Part shown: positions 20,818 through 32,434 of the stretch, piece by piece
Layout of the letters: each line of letters starts with the position of its first letter
Numbering within the stretch: the stretch's first letter is position 1
Program-made: the position numbers and the translations under genes
Assembly: GCA_963774265.1 (NCBI GenBank)
Contig: CAVZDU010000007.1
Coordinates: forward strand, 1 to 64,000
Source: an uncultured Chloroflexia bacterium
GTDB lineage: Bacteria > Chloroflexota > Anaerolineae > CG2-30-64-16
DNA length: 64,000 bases
Direction of reading: 5' to 3'
Notes under the pieces: generated by a model
Database searches by the model: none
What the model was told of the DNA's origin: nothing
What the model saw: only the letters and a program-made list of their open reading frames with translations

Positions 20818-21213
20818 ATGATTAGTGATCCGATTGCCGATATGCTGACTCGCATCCGCAACGGCGTCCTGGTGCGACAGAAGCAGATAGTCGTGCCTGG
20901 TTCAAAGGTTAAGCTGGCACTGGCCCGCATCCTGAAGGACGAAGGGTTTATTAAGGACTTTGAAGTCACCAAGGACGAGCCGCAGGCTCAGTTGCGCCTG
21001 GTTTTGAAGTATGATCGCGAACGCAAGTCGATCATCACCGGGATGCAGCGGGTCAGCCGGCCCGGGCGGCGAGTCTATGTCAAACGCACCGATATCCCGT
21101 GGGTCCTGAGTGGCCTCGGGGTCGCCATTCTGAGTACGCCGCAAGGCATCATGACGGACCAGAAGGCCCGCCGGCTCGGATTGGGCGGCGAGGTGCTCTG
21201 CTACATCTGGTAG
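20818..21213 (+). CDS. rpsH: 30S ribosomal protein S8
   Basis: [29 protein letters not shown]. Confidence 0.98.
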   Translation: MISDPIADMLTRIRNGVLVRQKQIVVPGSKVKLALARILKDEGFIKDFEVTKDEPQAQLRLVLKYDRERKSIITGMQRVSRPGRRVYVKRTDIPWVLSGLGVAILSTPQGIMTDQKARRLGLGGEVLCYIW

Positions 21214-21224
21214 GAGGCAGGACT

Positions 21225-21789
21225 GTGTCGCGTATTGGGAAAATGCCGGTTGCGCTGCCGAAAGGCGTGAGCGTGACGGTTGGCGAGGGGAACTATGTTA
21301 CCGTGAAGGGTCCAAAGGGACAGCTCGAGCAGCAGATTCCCATCGGAAATGGCCTTCACGATCGAAGGCAGCGAGGTCCAGGTCACTCGGCCCACCGACG
21401 CTAAGAACCATCGTGCGTTGCATGGCCTCAGCCGTGCGCTGCTCAGCAACATGGTGACGGGTGTCAACACCGGCTTTACGCGGGTGCTTGAGGTCGAAGG
21501 CGTGGGGTATCGCGCTGGTGTTTTGAATAAGAATCTGGTGGTCCTGGTGGGTTATTCGCACCCGGTTGAAATCGTCCCGCCGGCGAATATCGCGTTCGAG
21601 GTAGACAAAACGGGGCGCACTATCACCATCACGGGTATCGATAAGCAAGTAGTGGGCCAGATGGCCGCGAATATTCATGATTTGCGCCCGCCCGAGCCTT
21701 ACAAAGGCAAGGGCATCCGCTACAGGGGCGAGAAGATCCGCCAGAAGGCCGGCAAGAGTGGTAAGGTCGGCGGCAAGGGCAAGAAGTAA
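21225..21789 (+). CDS. rplF: 50S ribosomal protein L6 (frameshift near 21340)
   Basis: [23 protein letters not shown]. Confidence 0.96.
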
Positions 21790-21807
21790 AGCGGAGGATC
21801 AAGGTCA

Positions 21808-22173
21808 ATGGCCGAGAAAACGAGTCTTGAAGCTCGCAAGCGCCGACATGAGCGCATTCGCCGACACATTCACGGCACGTCCGAGCGCCCTCGTCTGAAC
21901 GTATTCCGCAGCCTGGAGCACATTTACGCCCAGGTAATAGACGATGACATGGGCAATACGTTGGTCGCTGCGTCAACCGTGGATCCTGAGTTGCGCAAGC
22001 AACTGGACGGCCTGAACAAGTCGCAGCAGGCGGCACGGGTGGGCCAGATGGTGGCCCAGCGCGCCCTTGATAAGGGACTGAAGAAGGTCGTGTTCGACCG
22101 CGGTGGCTACCCCTACCATGGCCGCGTGAAGGCTCTGGCCGACGGCGCGCGTGAGGGCGGGCTGGAGTTCTAG
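21808..22173 (+). CDS. rplR: 50S ribosomal protein L18
   Basis: [32 protein letters not shown]. Confidence 0.98.
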   Translation: MAEKTSLEARKRRHERIRRHIHGTSERPRLNVFRSLEHIYAQVIDDDMGNTLVAASTVDPELRKQLDGLNKSQQAARVGQMVAQRALDKGLKKVVFDRGGYPYHGRVKALADGAREGGLEF

Positions 22174-22181
22174 GAGGACCG

Positions 22182-22818
22182 ATGCCAGGCAAGGAACGAA
22201 ATCAACGCGAGGGTGCAGGCCGCGAACAGCAAGGCGGACGGCCGAGTGGGCCCGGTGGTCAGGGCCGTGATCGACAGCGGCGCCCGCGAACGTGATGAAG
22301 AGCGCGAACAGCTCGACGAGCGCGTGGTGCATGTTGCGCGTACGTCGAAGGTGCTGAAGGGCGGCCGCCGCTTCGCCTTCCGGGCAGTGGTTGTCGTAGG
22401 CGACAATCATGGCCAGGTGGGCTTCGGCGTGGGCAAGGCTCGCGAAGTGCCGGATGCGGTTCGCAAGGCTTCGGAGCATGCACGCAATCACATGCGTCGC
22501 ATTCCGATGGCCGGCACAACCATCCCGCACATTGCTTTGGGCGACTTCAGCGCGGCGAGGGTGCTCCTGCGTCCTGCATCAGCAGGCACGGGCGTCATCG
22601 CTGGCGGCGGCGTTCGCGCCGTGCTCGAAGCTGCGGGCATCCGCGATATTCTGACCAAGTCCCAGGGCAGTGCGAACATGTTGAACGTGGTCGCCGCTAC
22701 CTTCAAAGCGCTCGAAGCGCTCAAGGACCCTGAGGAAGAAGCGAAGCGCCGTGGGCGGCCGGTGGAGGCTCTGACGCCATACTGGCTGCGGAGGGGGAAA
22801 GATGCAGATCAGCAGTAA
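22182..22818 (+). CDS. rpsE: 30S ribosomal protein S5 (N-terminal extension; frameshift near 22285)
   Basis: [26 protein letters not shown]; RBS and ATG at 22182 are in another frame. Confidence 0.93.
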
Positions 22819-23005
22819 GCAAAAGATGCTGCGCATCACGTACTCCACCAGCTCGATCGGCGTTGAGGGAGACCAGAAGGATACGGTGCGCCGGCTGGGC
22901 TTGCGCAAGCTGGGCCAGACCGTGGAGCAGCCGGATTCGCCGGTGCTGCGCGGGATGATCCATAAGGTGCGCCACCTGCTCACGGTCGAAGAGTTCGAGG
23001 CGTAA
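22802..23005 (+). CDS. rpmD: 50S ribosomal protein L30
   Basis: TVRRLGLRK...[10 protein letters not shown]. Confidence 0.95.
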   Translation: MQISSKQKMLRITYSTSSIGVEGDQKDTVRRLGLRKLGQTVEQPDSPVLRGMIHKVRHLLTVEEFEA

Positions 23006-23006
23006 G

Positions 23007-23459
23007 ATGAAGCAGAATGATTTGCAGCCCGCTCCGGGCTCCAACAAGGCGCGGACCCGCTCTGGCCGCGGCATCTCGGCCGGTCGAGGCAAGACCGCCG
23101 GTCGGGGTACCAAGGGCCAGAATTCCCGCTCCGGTGGGTCCAAGCGAGCGTACTTTGAAGGTGGTCAGTTGCCTCTGGTTCGGCGCCTGCCCCACCTCGG
23201 CGGCTTCACGAACCTTTGGCGGATCGAGTATGCGCCGGTCAACATCGAGCGTCTCAATGTCTTCCCGACTGGCACGGAAGTTGACCCTGCGCTGATGGCC
23301 GCTGCGGGCGTCATCAAGTCACCCAACCGGCCAGTGAAGGTTCTGGGCGAGGGCGATTTGACCGTCGCACTGACCGTGAAGGCGCACAAGTTCTCCGCGT
23401 CCGCGCGTGAGAAAATCCAAGCCGCCGGCGGCTCAGTTCAAGAGCTGACGCTGGAATGA
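23007..23459 (+). CDS. rplO: 50S ribosomal protein L15
   Basis: [24 protein letters not shown]. Confidence 0.98.
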   Translation: MKQNDLQPAPGSNKARTRSGRGISAGRGKTAGRGTKGQNSRSGGSKRAYFEGGQLPLVRRLPHLGGFTNLWRIEYAPVNIERLNVFPTGTEVDPALMAAAGVIKSPNRPVKVLGEGDLTVALTVKAHKFSASAREKIQAAGGSVQELTLE

Positions 23460-23525
23460 GACCCACAGTGCGTGTAGCGCAGGTTGTCGACTTGCGCTAC
23501 CACCACTCGTGGCAAGGAGCTTTCG

Positions 23526-24863
23526 ATGCTTGAAGCCGTTCGTAATGCGTTCCGGCTGCCGGACCTTCGTCGCAAGCTGTTGGTCACCTTGGGCATCCTG
23601 GTGATCTACCGCTTGATGTCGCACATCCCGGTGCCCGGCGTTAACCGCGAAGCGTTGTCCTCGATCTTCAGCTCTAACCAGTTGTTGGGCCTGTTGAACC
23701 TGCTGTCGGGTGGCGCGCTGCAAAACTTCTCGGTGATGGCGATGGGTGTATACCCGTACATCACTGCATCGATCATCGTGCAGTTGCTTATCCCGATCGT
23801 CCCGGCGTGGCAGGAACTGCAGAAGGAAGGCGAGGCGGGCCGTAACCGGCTCAACCAGTACACGAACTGGTTGACCATTCCGTTGGCGCTGCTGCAAGGC
23901 TTCGGTCAGTCTTCCTTGCTTGCGCAGTCCAGCGGCTCGACGGGGCCGGTGTTGGCTCAGTTCGGGTTCCGCAACTATCCGTTGCAGACCGTTGTCATTC
24001 TCATGTCGCTGACCGCAGGCACGATGTTGGCCATGTGGTTGGGCCAGTTGATCACCGAGCAGGGCATCGGCAATGGTATCTCGATCATTATCTTCGGCGG
24101 CATCATTGCGGCCATGCCTCAGAATATCGTGAACACTTTTGTGCAAGGCGGCATTCTGCAGTTGCTCATCTTCATCGTGGTGACGATCCTGACCGTGGCA
24201 ATCATCGTTGTGGTTCAGGAAGGGCAGCGCCGCATTCCGGTGCAGTACGGCAAGCGGGTGCGCGCAATGCGCGGCAACCGGCTCATGGTGGTTGGCGGGC
24301 AGAGCACTCATGTGCCGATGCGTGTGAACTCGGCGGGCATGATCCCGTTGATTTTTGCATCGTCAATGCTGATCTTTCCGAGCACCATCGCAAGCTACTT
24401 CGTGAACTCGGGGTCTAGTTTCGTAAGCTCGGTTGCTAACTTTTTCTATAGCTTCTTCACGCCGGCCAATGGTTGGTATTGGATCATGTACTTCCTGCTG
24501 GTCATTGCGTTTACGTATTTCTATACGGACGTGATCTTCAGGCAGCAGAACCTGCCAGAGACGCTGCAGCGGCAGGGTGGTTTTATTCCAGGCATCCGGC
24601 CAGGCATGAATACCGAGAAGTACTTGAACACCGTGCTTTCCCGCATTACCCTGGTGGGCGCGCTGTTCCTGGGGTTCGTGGCGATTCTGCCGTGGCTCGT
24701 CCACTTGATTTTTGGTGGAGCAGGCGCCAGCCGAGCTTCGACCAGCACGTTGCTGATCTCAAGCACGGGTCTGCTGATCGTGGTCGGTGTTGTGCTTGAC
24801 ACCATGAAGCAGCTCGAAGCGCAGTTGTTGATGCGTCATTACGAAGGGTTCATCCGGAAGTAG
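23526..24863 (+). CDS. secY: Preprotein translocase SecY
   Basis: MGVYPYITASII, GIGNGIS, FIPGIRPG; multiple transmembrane segments. Confidence 0.98.
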   Translation: MLEAVRNAFRLPDLRRKLLVTLGILVIYRLMSHIPVPGVNREALSSIFSSNQLLGLLNLLSGGALQNFSVMAMGVYPYITASIIVQLLIPIVPAWQELQKEGEAGRNRLNQYTNWLTIPLALLQGFGQSSLLAQSSGSTGPVLAQFGFRNYPLQTVVILMSLTAGTMLAMWLGQLITEQGIGNGISIIIFGGIIAAMPQNIVNTFVQGGILQLLIFIVVTILTVAIIVVVQEGQRRIPVQYGKRVRAMRGNRLMVVGGQSTHVPMRVNSAGMIPLIFASSMLIFPSTIASYFVNSGSSFVSSVANFFYSFFTPANGWYWIMYFLLVIAFTYFYTDVIFRQQNLPETLQRQGGFIPGIRPGMNTEKYLNTVLSRITLVGALFLGFVAILPWLVHLIFGGAGASRASTSTLLISSTGLLIVVGVVLDTMKQLEAQLLMRHYEGFIRK

Positions 24864-24947
24864 AGACGACTGAGGTCCCAAACGACCCTGCGCAATAGTT
24901 AAGACTGGTAAGGTTGAAGCGTTTTCAGCCGTATTGAGGGGGTAAGC

Positions 24948-25618
24948 ATGATCGACCAAGTAACGCCGAAGTACATCGTCATGCTGGGTGCGCCGGGCGC
25001 GGGCAAGGGGACCCAAGCCGCGAATGCTCTCGGAGGAGCTGGGCATTCCCCAGGTCTCTTCCGGTGACATCTTCCGGGAGAACCTGAAGAATCAGACGCC
25101 GCTCGGACTGCTCGCAAAGCAGTATATGGACAAGGGCGAGTTGGTGCCCGACGGACGTCACCATCGATATGGTGATGGACCGGTTGAGCCGCACTGATGC
25201 TGAGCATGGGGCTGTACTGGACGGATTCCCGCGCACGCTGGCGCAGGCAGATGCTCTAGATACGGCGCTGGAGAGCAAGGGTTTTGGCATCACGGTTGTG
25301 CCCCTGCTTGAGGTCAGCGATGAGGCCGTCATCGACCGTTTGGCTGGCCGCCGCGTTTGTCGCGACTGCCAAGCCATGTACCATCTTGTGTTTTCGCCTC
25401 CCACGGTTACGGGGAGGTGCGACAAGTGCGGCGGGGAGTTGTACCGGCGTGCCGATGACGAACCCGAAACCGTGCGCAACCGGCTGTTTGTGTATTACAA
25501 ACAGACAGCACCCTTGATCGGCTACTACTTCGCTCACCGCCTGTTGGTGAGCCTGGATGGTAGTCGACCCATAGAGCAAGTCCAGAAGGATCTGGCCGCG
25601 ACGGTGTACCGTTTTTGA
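24948..25618 (+). CDS. adk: Adenylate kinase with Zn-binding LID (frameshifted)
   Basis: GAPGAGKGTQ, LDGFPRT, CxxC...CxxC, RADD. Confidence 0.94.
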
Positions 25619-25660
25619 TTGTGGTGGATGTGTGAGTATAGTGGTAACCTGGGCGAGTCA

Positions 25661-26433
25661 ATGATCATCTTGAAAAGTCGGCCTGAAATCGCGCTAGATG
25701 CGCGAGGCGGGGCGTATCGTTGCTCGAGTGCACGAGGCCATGCGCGACCATGGTTCGGCCTGGGGTCACTACCGCCGAGCTTGATGCGCGAGCCGAAGAA
25801 ATAATCCGCCAGCATGGGGCTGTGCCGACCTTCCTGGGCTATCCGCATACCGGGAAGAACGACTTTCCCGCCAGCATCTGCGCCTCGATCAATCGAGGAG
25901 CTGGTGCATGGGATCCCCAGTAGCAAGCGGTGGCTGGAGCCTGGCGACATCATCAGTATCGACGTCGGCGCCACGTATCAGGGCTGGGTGGGGGATTCTG
26001 CCTGGACCTACGCGGTGGGACCCATTGATGCTGAGGGTCAGGCGCCTGCTTGATGCAACCGAAGGGTAGCCTGTGGGCCGGCATCAGTCAGGCCCGGGCC
26101 GGCAACTTCCTGGCCGATGTCTCGAAGGCCGTGGAAACCTTCGTCGTGCAGCGCGGCTTCCAGTGGTGCGCGAGTATACGGGCCACGGGGTGGGCCGCCG
26201 GATGCACGAAGAACCGCAGGTGCTCAACTATGTGCCGCCGGTGCGGGGCGCGGACCGAAGCTCAAATCGGGTATGACGCTCGCATTCGAGCCCATGGTGG
26301 GCGTTGGTACGTGGCGCACCAAGGTGCTAGCGATGGTTGGACGGTCGTGACGGCCGACGGCAAGCGCTCTGCGCACTTTGAGCACACGATCGCCGTGACC
26401 GACGGCGAGCCGGAGATATTGACTGTATTGTAG
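25661..26433 (+). CDS. map: Methionine aminopeptidase type I (multiple frameshifts)
   Basis: [37 protein letters not shown] in different frames. Confidence 0.92.
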
Positions 26434-26488
26434 AGACACTGCACGCCAGCAGGCGTGTGTCTCTATGTTGCAGCATAGGAGAAGCAAG

Positions 26489-26602
26489 ATGAAAGTTCGA
26501 CCGTCGGTCAAGCGCATTTGTGACAAGTGCAAGATCATCCGGCGCCATGGCGTCGTGCAGGTCATCTGCACCAACCCGAAGCACAAGCAGCGCCAAGGGT
26601 AA
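26489..26602 (+). CDS. rpmJ: 50S ribosomal protein L36 (below ORF-track cutoff)
   Basis: [37 protein letters not shown]. Confidence 0.98.
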   Translation: MKVRPSVKRICDKCKIIRRHGVVQVICTNPKHKQRQG

Positions 26603-26620
26603 CAGAATCGGAGGAAGCGA

Positions 26621-26998
26621 ATGGCTCGTATTGCTGGTGTAGACCTGCCGCGTGATAAGCGGGTCGAGATTGGCCTGACTTACATCTACGGCATTGGCCT
26701 TACGTCGAGCAGAGAGATCCTGAGGATGACGGGTGTCAACCCCGACGTCCGGATCAAGGATCTGGACGAGGCGCAGGTTGCCAAGCTGCGTGAGGTGATC
26801 GAGCGCAACTACAAGGTGGAAGGCGACCTGCGCCGCGAAGTGGCGATGAACATCAAGCGCCTGCAGGAAATCGGCAGCTACCGTGGTCTGCGTCATCGCC
26901 GCAACCTGCCGGCGCACGGCCAGCGCACGCGCACGAATGCCCGCACGAAGCGCGGCGCTCGCCGGACGGTGCCCGGCAAGAAGCGCGCCCGCAAGTAA
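26621..26998 (+). CDS. rpsM: 30S ribosomal protein S13
   Basis: [20 protein letters not shown]. Confidence 0.99.
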   Translation: MARIAGVDLPRDKRVEIGLTYIYGIGLTSSREILRMTGVNPDVRIKDLDEAQVAKLREVIERNYKVEGDLRREVAMNIKRLQEIGSYRGLRHRRNLPAHGQRTRTNARTKRGARRTVPGKKRARK

Positions 26999-27046
26999 TG
27001 CTGGGCGCACGCTGGAGGGCGTGCGTAACGTAGCGGAGAACAAGGA

Positions 27047-27469
27047 ATGCCAAAACCAACAGCTCAGCCTGCTGCGGCGGCAAGCGCCGCTCGACGCGCT
27101 GGGCCGCGGCGTGAGAAGCGCCTGGTGCCGCAGGGTCAGGTTCATATTCAGTCGACGTTCAACAACACGATCGTGACGGTCACTGACCCGCAGGGCAATA
27201 CCCTCGCCTGGACCAGCACCGGCGGCTCGGGTTTCAAGGGTTCGCGCAAGAGCACGCCCTACGCCGCGCAGATGGCAGCCACACAGGCCGCCAAGCAGGC
27301 GATGGACATGGGCATGCGCGAGGCGGATGTGTTCTTGAAGGGGCCTGGCCCCGGCCGCGAGTCTGCGATCCGCTCGCTGCAGGCTGCCGGGCTGCGCGTG
27401 CGCTCGATCACGGACGTCACGCCGATCCCGCACAACGGCTGCCGGCCGCCCAAGAAGCGCCGCGTGTAG
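27047..27469 (+). CDS. rpsK: 30S ribosomal protein S11
   Basis: [27 protein letters not shown]. Confidence 0.99.
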   Translation: MPKPTAQPAAAASAARRAGPRREKRLVPQGQVHIQSTFNNTIVTVTDPQGNTLAWTSTGGSGFKGSRKSTPYAAQMAATQAAKQAMDMGMREADVFLKGPGPGRESAIRSLQAAGLRVRSITDVTPIPHNGCRPPKKRRV

Positions 27470-27622
27470 TATTTGTCTGCCACAGAGGACACATGTCGGA
27501 ACCTCGGAGTTTCTTCCGGGGTCTCCGTGATCTCTGCGGCGGATCGGTGACATCGGAGAGGGATGAAGGTTGCCAAGCCGTAAACCTCTCGTCCGGGTCT
27601 GATAACTGTATAGGAGGATCAA

Positions 27623-28257
27623 TTGGCACGAAATATAGATCCGGTGTGCAGGCTCTGCCGCCGGGAAGGCATGAAGCTCTTCTTGAAGGGCGAGCGCTGC
27701 TACTCGCCCAAGTGCTCTGTCGAGAAGCGCACCTACGCGCCGGGCATGCACGGCAAGAAGGGCACATTCAAGCACAAGGAATCCGACTTTGCGCTGCAGT
27801 TGCGTGAGAAGCAGAAGGCCCGCCGCATCTACGGCGTGCAGGAGCGACAGTTCCGCCGCTACTTCCGCAGCGCGCAACGCGTGAAGGGCATGACCGGCGT
27901 GACTCTGCTGCTGACGCTGGAACGCCGGCTGGATAACGTGGTGTACCGCTTGGGCCTGGCCGATTCTCGCCCACAGGCGCGCCAATTGGTGCGCCACGGG
28001 CATTTCACGCTCAACGGCCACAACCACAACATCCCGTCCTACCTGGTCGAAGTCGGTGACGTGGTTGAGGTGCGCCCGAACAGCCGCAGCAACGGCTACT
28101 TCAAGAGCGTGGCAGATCACCTGGGCAGCGCGCAGTGCCGGATTGGCTGCAGTTTGACGAGAACCGGTTGGCCGGTCGCATTGTTGGTACACCCGATCGT
28201 CAGGCCGTTGAAATCCCGCTCAACGAGCAGTTGATCGTCGAGTACTATAGCCGCTAA
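27623..28257 (+). CDS. rpsD: 30S ribosomal protein S4 (frameshift near 28130)
   Basis: [21 protein letters not shown]; ends [10 protein letters not shown]. Confidence 0.96.
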
Positions 28258-28347
28258 TACGGCTAGCCATTGCGGTTTTGCGGCTGGGGGCGAGTCTTCT
28301 TGGTCCTCACCGGTCCCTGTGGCAAGCAGTAAAGGGAGGGTGCATCC

Positions 28348-29345
28348 TTGTTGAATTTTGTGCTGCCCAAGATTGAGCGTGAAGCGAGCGCGCGCAATTA
28401 CGGGCGGTTTGTGATCGGCCCGATGGAGAGTGGCTACGGCATTACGCTGGGCAATGCGCTGCGGCGGGTGTTGCTGTCATCGCTGCCCGGCGCGGCGGTC
28501 ACTTCGATTCGCATCAGCGGTGTGCATCACGAGTTCTCGCCGATCCCATACGTCCGGGAGGATACGACTGCGCTGCTTCTGAATGTTAAGCAGTTGCGGA
28601 TGAAGTCCGACGTGGACGAGCCGGTGCGGCTGCATGTCGATGTGCGCAGCGAAGGGCCGTTACGGCCGGCGATCTGATCTGCCCGCCTGAGGTCGAGATC
28701 GTCAACCCTGAGTTGCTACTGCTGACTGCCGATTCGCCGGATGTGGATCTGGATATTGAGCTGACCGTCAACCGTGGTCGCGGCTACTCGCCGGCCGAGG
28801 AGCGCGGCAAGCTGCCGCTGGGTGAGATCCCGGTGGATGCGATTTACAGCCCTGTGCGCAAGGTGAACTACACCGTATCGCGTGCACGCATCGGTCAGCA
28901 GACTAACTATGATCGTCTGGTCCTGGAAATCTGGACTGACGGCACGATGACGCCCGAGGCGGCTCTGCGCGAATCGGCCCAGTTGCTGCTGCGCCACCTG
29001 ACACTGGTCGCCGGCGCCGATGTGTTGCCGGCTGAACAGGCCGCAGCCGAGGGACGCGGGGTGCCTAGCCGCATCTACGATGTGCCGATTGAGGACTTGG
29101 AGCTGAGCGTGCGGGCGTACAACTGCCTGAAGCGCGCCGGCATCACCAAGGTCGGCGAAGTTCTGGAACGGCTGGAGAAGGGCGAGGAAGAGATCCTGGC
29201 CATTCGCAATTTCGGTCGTAAGTCGTTGAATGAACTGGTGGATCGGCTGGACCAGAAGGGCTTCTTGTCGGCGATTTCGTATCAGCCCAACGTAGCGGCT
29301 GAGCTGGAAGACGACGGCGACGCCGACGACACCGAGATGTCCTAA
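28348..29345 (+). CDS. rpoA: RNA polymerase alpha subunit (frameshift near 28660)
   Basis: [15 protein letters not shown]; CTD with [13 protein letters not shown] and NFGRKSL. Confidence 0.97.
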
Positions 29346-29358
29346 ACGGAGTATTCGA

Positions 29359-29838
29359 ATGAGACATCGAGTTGCAGGACGCAAACTGGGCCGTGACAGT
29401 GCTCAGCGCTCCGCCCTGTGGCGGGGTCTCATCACAGAACTCTTCCGGCACGACCGCATCAGCACGACCGAGGCCAAGGCGCGTTCTATGCGCGGCGATG
29501 CCGAACATTTGATCACGGTCGCCAAGCGCGGCCTGGCCGATGGCGGTAACAACGTGCACGCACACCGCCTCGCGGCGACAGTCATCACCGATCCAGAGAT
29601 AACCAAGCGTCTGTTCAATGACATCGCGCCGCGGTTCACCGAGCGTCCAGGTGGATACACCCGGATGGTCAAGATCGGTCCGCGGCATGGGTGATGGCGC
29701 AGAGATGGTCGTTCTCGAACTTGTCGAGAAAGGCTCAGGAGAGGGCGCCAAGGGCCCTGAGAAGAAGGCGCGGGGAGCTTCGGCTCGCGCATGCGCGAAG
29801 CCACTGGCCGCCTCCGCGGCAAGCGAGAAGAAAAGTAG
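29359..29838 (+). CDS. rplQ: 50S ribosomal protein L17 (frameshifts; 3' end uncertain)
   Basis: MRHRVAGRKLGR, RPGGYTR; continues GDGAEM in another frame. Confidence 0.88.
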
Positions 29839-29948
29839 TTGCGTGCTGGGGCGAGGCAGACTCGCCCCAGGCATCATCGTCTCAACAGGGACACTTGCGG
29901 CGCAGTGGGCATGTTTCGCAATGAAGCACCTTACCAGGTCATAATAAC

Positions 29949-30710
29949 GTGCAGTACGTACGAGCTACCATTGCCTATGACGGCACAGACTTCCTGGGGT
30001 TTCAGCTTCAGGCGAGCGGCCGCACGGTGCAGGGTGTGCTCGAGGCAGCGTTGTGCCGATTGACCGGGGCTGAGACGCGTGTCGTCGGATCCGGGCGTAC
30101 AGATGCAGGTGTCCATGCCGCGGGTCAGGTGGTAGCCTTTCGCACTTCCTGGCGTCACGATCTGGCGGATTTGCATCGTGCACTTAACGCTGTGCTTCCG
30201 CCCGATATCGCAGTTGACGAGTTGAGCGCAGCGACCGAGGGTTGGCACCCGCGCTTCAGTGCAAGGTGGCGACATTATCGGTACACGATCCTCAATCGTC
30301 CGTCGCGGTCGCCGTTGATGAGGCGCTATGCGCATCTTGTCACTCAGCCGTTACGGATAGATCTGCTGCAGAGCGCGGCTGAGACTCTGGTGGGCGAGCA
30401 TGACTTTGCTAGCTTCGGTCGGCCAATGCAAGCTGGGGAGACGACCGTCCGGATCATCCATCGTGCAGAATGGAGCGCTGTGGACCATTTGTTGAACTTC
30501 GATGTGGTCGGGAACGCTTTTCTACGGGGGATGATTCGAAGCTTGGTAGGGAACATGCTGCGCGTTGGAGGTTCTGCACAATCTGCAGGACGGCCTAATG
30601 ACCAGTGGACCGTGGAACGATTAGCCCAAGTGCTGGCCGCTAGAGATCGCAGCATGGCCGCAGCGCCGGCACCCGCTTGTGGGCTGTGTCTCGTGCACGT
30701 GGAATATTGA
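29949..30710 (+). CDS. truA: tRNA pseudouridine(38-40) synthase
   Basis: AYDGTDFLGFQ, GRTDAGVHA, GEHDFASF. Confidence 0.96.
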   Translation: MQYVRATIAYDGTDFLGFQLQASGRTVQGVLEAALCRLTGAETRVVGSGRTDAGVHAAGQVVAFRTSWRHDLADLHRALNAVLPPDIAVDELSAATEGWHPRFSARWRHYRYTILNRPSRSPLMRRYAHLVTQPLRIDLLQSAAETLVGEHDFASFGRPMQAGETTVRIIHRAEWSAVDHLLNFDVVGNAFLRGMIRSLVGNMLRVGGSAQSAGRPNDQWTVERLAQVLAARDRSMAAAPAPACGLCLVHVEY

Positions 30711-30713
30711 ATG

Positions 30714-30809
30714 TTGAAGATTACTGATTACAGATTGCAGATCGGCATTTGTGCCGCAGTGCGGTGAAACTACCTTGAATCTGGGATCTTCAATCTGTAA
30801 TCTGCAATC
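30714..30809. repeat. Inverted heptamer-repeat hairpin upstream of rplM
   Basis: Left arm AGATTAC/TGATTAC/AGATTGC; right arm ATCTTCA/ATCTGTA/ATCTGCA. Confidence 0.7.
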
Positions 30810-30827
30810 GTCAGAGGAGTTAGAGCA

Positions 30828-31265
30828 GTGAGAACTTATAGCGCAACCGCCGCGGATGCCGAGGCCAGCCGCGAGTGGTACGTCGTCGACGCTACGGGTA
30901 AGAACCTTGGCCGCCTTGCCACGCAGATCGCAAATGTGCTTAAGGGCAAGCACAAGCCGATTTACACGCCCGGCATGGACTGCGGCGACTTCGTGATTGT
31001 GGTCAACGCGGACAAAATCCGGGTCACCGGTGACAAACTCGACCAGAAGCATTACTATCATTACTCTGGGTATCCCAGGGGCCTGATTGACGTCACTCTG
31101 CGCAAGCAGATGGCCACGCATCCCGACCGGGTTATTCAGTCGGCGGTTTTGGGTATGCTGGCCCGCAACAAGCTGCGCCGGCAGTTGATCAAGAAGCTTA
31201 AGGTGTACGCAGGCAGCGAGCATCCGCACACGGCCCAGCAGCCGAAGCCGTTCCCGCTCGCCTAG
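30828..31265 (+). CDS. rplM: 50S ribosomal protein L13
   Basis: [24 protein letters not shown]. Confidence 0.98.
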   Translation: MRTYSATAADAEASREWYVVDATGKNLGRLATQIANVLKGKHKPIYTPGMDCGDFVIVVNADKIRVTGDKLDQKHYYHYSGYPRGLIDVTLRKQMATHPDRVIQSAVLGMLARNKLRRQLIKKLKVYAGSEHPHTAQQPKPFPLA

Positions 31266-31313
31266 ACATGCGGCATGCCGCGCCCTTACGGGTGGATTAG
31301 GAGATAGATTTTG

Positions 31314-31706
31314 ATGTCAGCCAGATATTACGAGGCGGTCGGCCGCCGCAAGACGTCCAGCGCCCGTGTGCGCCTGTACCCCGGAACGGGGACCATCGTC
31401 GTGAATGAGCGCCCAGTCTCCGAATACTTTCCTCGTGAGACTGACCAGTTGCTGATCTCGCGACCGCTCCAGACGAGCGATACACTGAGCAACTTCAACA
31501 TTAGCATCCGTGTTGAAGGTGGCGGTCTGACCGGACAGGCGGGTGCTGCTGCATTGGGCATCGCCCGCGCGCTGTGCGTCTCCGATGAAAACTTGCGGCC
31601 CGTGCTGAAGAAGAACGGATTCCTGGTTCGCGACTCGCGCGCCAAGGAACGCAAGAAGTACGGTCTGAAGCGCGCCCGCAAGGCCCCGCAGTACACGAAG
31701 CGCTAG
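31314..31706 (+). CDS. rpsI: 30S ribosomal protein S9
   Basis: GRRKTSSARV, GGGLTGQA, ERKKYGLKRARKAPQYTKR. Confidence 0.98.
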   Translation: MSARYYEAVGRRKTSSARVRLYPGTGTIVVNERPVSEYFPRETDQLLISRPLQTSDTLSNFNISIRVEGGGLTGQAGAAALGIARALCVSDENLRPVLKKNGFLVRDSRAKERKKYGLKRARKAPQYTKR

Positions 31707-31735
31707 TCTTAACTAGCGGCTCGATTCTCAATCAT

Positions 31736-31790
31736 AAAGGCTCGATACTCGTGGTTAGCCCATAGGGCGCCGCGTAGTATCGGGCTTTTC
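31736..31790 (+). terminator. Probable intrinsic terminator after rpsI
   Basis: GGCTCGATACT...AGTATCGGGC stem followed by TTTT. Confidence 0.5.
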
Positions 31791-31866
31791 GTGTTTCCAC
31801 AGGGGATATTGTGTTGGCTTTCAGAGGTGTGCCCGCCTGTGCGAGAACATCTCCACAAGCTATAGG

Positions 31867-32434
31867 ATGGCTCCGATGGTTGATAGATCTGCTTCACGGG
31901 TCAGGGTTGGGATCTTGACAGTCAGCGATCGTAGTTTTAGCGGGGAGCGGCAGGATTTGGGTGGACCGGCCCTCGCGCACGCTATGAGAGAAGGTTGGAT
32001 TACCCAGGCACAGGTGGACCAGTTCGAAACATTGGTTATCGAGACTGCGATCGTGCCGGATGAGCGCGAACAGATCGCGGCGCAACTGATTGAGTGGTGC
32101 GACAGGCAGTTGCTCGATCTGATTCTGACCACCGGCGGCACTGGCTTCGCTCCACGTGATGTGACCCCAGAAGCGACACGCAGCGTACTCGATCGGGAGG
32201 CGCCCGGGTTAGCTGAAGCCATTCGCGGTGGAAAGCCTCCGCATCACCGCTCATGCGATGCTCAGTCGCGGGGTGGCAGGAATCCGCAAGCACACGTTAA
32301 TCGTGAACTTGCCGGGCAGCCCGCGTGGAGCCGTAGAAAGCCTTGGTGTGATTCTGCCGGTGCTGCCGCACGCCCTAGAGTTGCTGCGAGAGGACGCATC
32401 GGCCGAGTCTCATCACGGATCCTCGGTCGCTTAG
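31867..32434 (+). CDS. mog: Molybdopterin adenylyltransferase MogA/MoaB (frameshift near 32228)
   Basis: ILTVSDR, TTGGTGFAPRDVTPEAT, MLSRG, NLPGSP. Confidence 0.9.

Noticed and set aside
26327-28192. 621-aa antisense ORF over rpmJ-rpsD, and many similar shadow ORFs
   Set aside because: These are reverse-strand shadows of GC-rich, codon-biased genes, with no recognisable domain.
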